This document shows, in pieces, positions 62,032 to 64,000 of a stretch of 64,000 bases of DNA. This DNA comes from an uncultured archaeon (GTDB lineage: Archaea > Asgardarchaeota > Lokiarchaeia > Sigyniarchaeales > SOKP01): positions 9,543 to 73,542 of the forward strand of contig CAZGJX010000005.1 in NCBI GenBank assembly GCA_964525635.1. The letters run 5' to 3'. Both the position numbers and the translations under genes were made by a program. Numbering within the stretch: the first letter of the stretch is position 1; each line of letters starts with the position of its first letter. The notes beneath the pieces are model-generated. The model was not told where the DNA came from and did no database searches. It saw only the letters and a list, made by a program, of their open reading frames with translations.

Positions 62032-63998
62032 GTAAATATTTAGTTTTTTGAACCTTATTATGGAGGATAAAACCGTAACATTTAAATCTTCCCGATCATT
62101 CGTTTTATCATGGTTTTATGGCTTCTACTCATTGCTTTATTCGTGGGAGTGATTATTTACCTGATATCTCATTTTCGAAGGATAATCCGGAGACGGGAAG
62201 CCGAAATTCTCCGCTTTAAGCAGGAGGAACGTGCCTCGGAATTAAAGAAGGTGCAATTAAAGGAAAACCTAGAGAAATATAAACGGAAGAACAAGAAACT
62301 GCAGGAAACCGCGAGGAAAAAGCGGAAAAAGCGGTCGGATGCTGGAAAGCATCGGGACGTGGACTCAAAAAACAAGCGTTCCGGCAAACCAAAAGGAGCA
62401 GGTGGAGGTGGACTGAAAAATCCCGATCCCGCGGAAATCGACTACACACGACATCATTTTTTAAAAAATTGTCCCAATTGCAAGAAATCCCTAAAAGGTG
62501 TCGAGCCATTCGATGATCACCAACATGTCATTCGAGATTTTGAAAAGATAAAAAGGGGCTTGAAATTAATCTACATTAATCACGTGATTCATCGTTATAG
62601 ATGTCCGCATTGCAAGAAAATAGTGTCAAGATCTTTGGGAAAGTTAAAATGGGCACGCTACGGGTTGGGAATGATTGCATTCGTGCTACGCGAGCGTATT
62701 AAGCGAGGAGGATCTTGGGAAGGCCTTCGCTCTACCATCGAACACGTCATTCATTCAAAAAAATGCATTCCCGCTGTCAAGACATTTATCGATTGGATTC
62801 GAAAGTACGAAGATGAGATGGAGATAGTGTACGATGCATTTATTGAAGCCATTAAAAAGTCAGGTTTTGCGCATGTGGACGAGACGGGACTTCCGATGGA
62901 CGGGAGTAATTATTGGCTTTGGGTGATTGTTGCAGCTGAAGTAGTTCTTTACATTTCTTCTCCAAGTCGCGGGAGCGCCACGATAAAAGATATTTTCCAC
63001 GATTACGAGGGCATCTTGTTGTCGGATTTTTGGAGTGCGTACAACAAGTTAGACGTGGAGCAACAGAAATGTTTGCAACACGTGGTACGGGAATTGCGAA
63101 CGATCAGCCTGAAAGAACTCGGAAAGCACGATGAGGCGGAAAAAAAGTTAAAGGAGGATGATACCCTGAAATCACGAGAAAAGGATGAGGTTGCAAGCAT
63201 TCCTAAAGGACGCGGTCGTCCGCCTAAAGATCCGGAACCCTTGACATCCAAAAAGCGGGAAGAGTTGGAACGGATCAAGGAGCAGGGCAAAAAAGTAAGC
63301 GGTCAGGCACGAACATTTATTGAATTTTTCAGGAAAGCCTGGAAAAAAGACGGGAATGACATGAGTGTGTACACTCCTCTAAAGCAGCGTGCAAGCATTA
63401 TGGAAGCTGAATCGCGACTGAATGCTCTCATCAATGAGATTCAACCTGAAGGTCCCGCTAATTCGGACATTGAGCGCTTGATAGCTCGATTTGAGAAATA
63501 CGCCCCCTGCTTGTTTACCTACCTTGAGAATCCCGATGTCCTGCCTGACAACAATCCTGCAGAACGTGCAATTCGCCCCTTTGTTGTCCAGCGAAATGTT
63601 TCCCGTAATTTCATTAACCCCAAGGTGATGAGGATTTACGCCAAGCACTTATCGCTTTATCATACCTGCATGAGAAAGAAGGTTAATTACGAGGATGTCA
63701 TCATCCCGTTGCTTAAGGGAGACACGGGAGCCGTATTACAACTATTGGGGTTAAAAGAAGGCAAACCCCCTCCGACTCTACCTTGTAAAGAATAATTCCG
63801 GTTCCATTTAGAGAGCTATCTCCTTGTTTTATTAATTTTTTAATGATAGTGGATTATAGGTTTTTTATCGCAGAGAACTCGTCTAAATTTCAAGAAAAAT
63901 GAAAATTTGGAAGGATTTCATTGACGAAATATCATAAAAAGGAAAAAAATATAATTGAATGCCAATTTTGCTAATCATTCAAAAAACTAAATATTTAC
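62032..63998 (+). mobile_element. IS66-family insertion sequence (single-ORF, ISBst12-like organisation), about 1.97 kb
   Basis: Perfect 21-bp terminal inverted repeats GTAAATATTTAGTTTTTTGAA at 62032-62052 and 63978-63998, starting with the IS66-typical GTAA. GC is visibly higher than the host. A target-site duplication cannot be confirmed at the window edge. Confidence 0.9.
62110..63795 (+). CDS. IS66-family DDE transposase (TnpC-like)
   Basis: KRSGKPKG, CPNC...CPHC zinc finger, HVDETG, LSDFWSAY, QKCLQHVVR, PDNNPAERAIRP. Confidence 0.93.
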   Translation: MVLWLLLIALFVGVIIYLISHFRRIIRRREAEILRFKQEERASELKKVQLKENLEKYKRKNKKLQETARKKRKKRSDAGKHRDVDSKNKRSGKPKGAGGGGLKNPDPAEIDYTRHHFLKNCPNCKKSLKGVEPFDDHQHVIRDFEKIKRGLKLIYINHVIHRYRCPHCKKIVSRSLGKLKWARYGLGMIAFVLRERIKRGGSWEGLRSTIEHVIHSKKCIPAVKTFIDWIRKYEDEMEIVYDAFIEAIKKSGFAHVDETGLPMDGSNYWLWVIVAAEVVLYISSPSRGSATIKDIFHDYEGILLSDFWSAYNKLDVEQQKCLQHVVRELRTISLKELGKHDEAEKKLKEDDTLKSREKDEVASIPKGRGRPPKDPEPLTSKKREELERIKEQGKKVSGQARTFIEFFRKAWKKDGNDMSVYTPLKQRASIMEAESRLNALINEIQPEGPANSDIERLIARFEKYAPCLFTYLENPDVLPDNNPAERAIRPFVVQRNVSRNFINPKVMRIYAKHLSLYHTCMRKKVNYEDVIIPLLKGDTGAVLQLLGLKEGKPPPTLPCKE

Positions 63999-64000
63999 AA

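Noticed and set aside
62075-62095. GTAACATTTAAATC as the IS66 left end
   Set aside because: It has no matching right end, whereas 62032-62052 pairs perfectly with 63978-63998.
59703-63648. Track ORFs antisense to the wHTH, ABC and transposase genes
   Set aside because: They are shadows of well-supported genes on the opposite strand.

Overview
AT-rich archaeal DNA whose gene content points to an Asgard archaeon, probably Lokiarchaeia. The supporting genes are an HMf-type histone, eS25, a Bud23-like methyltransferase, a Rag/Arf-like GTPase, an intron-containing tRNA-Ser and an LRR protein with a Lokiarchaeia-type N-terminal domain. Positions 1-14.5 kb are mostly housekeeping genes, plus a HAD pseudogene disrupted by a TnpB remnant fused to an exact 72-bp inverted copy of the nearby HIT gene. 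Positions 14.5-60 kb are dominated by one minus-strand reading frame of 42.8 kb (59061-16279, about 14,260 codons) broken only by a single in-frame TGA at 54457-54459. From N- to C-terminus it encodes a basic head, about 11 TM helices, and about 10,000 aa of glycoprotein-like LamG/beta-sandwich/propeller stalk that includes a nested insertion of about 1,500 aa. It ends with Ca-binding DxDxDG loops, a second cluster of hydrophobic helices, a candidate ubiquitin-like domain and a Lys/Glu-rich tail of about 1,500 aa. An LRR gene lies directly downstream and a divergent wHTH regulator upstream. I infer a giant membrane-anchored contact or effector-delivery system. The window ends with an ABC-2 exporter pair and a single-ORF IS66-family element with 21-bp TIRs, whose transposase starts with a hydrophobic helix. 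All family calls come from motif recognition by eye, not from database searches.
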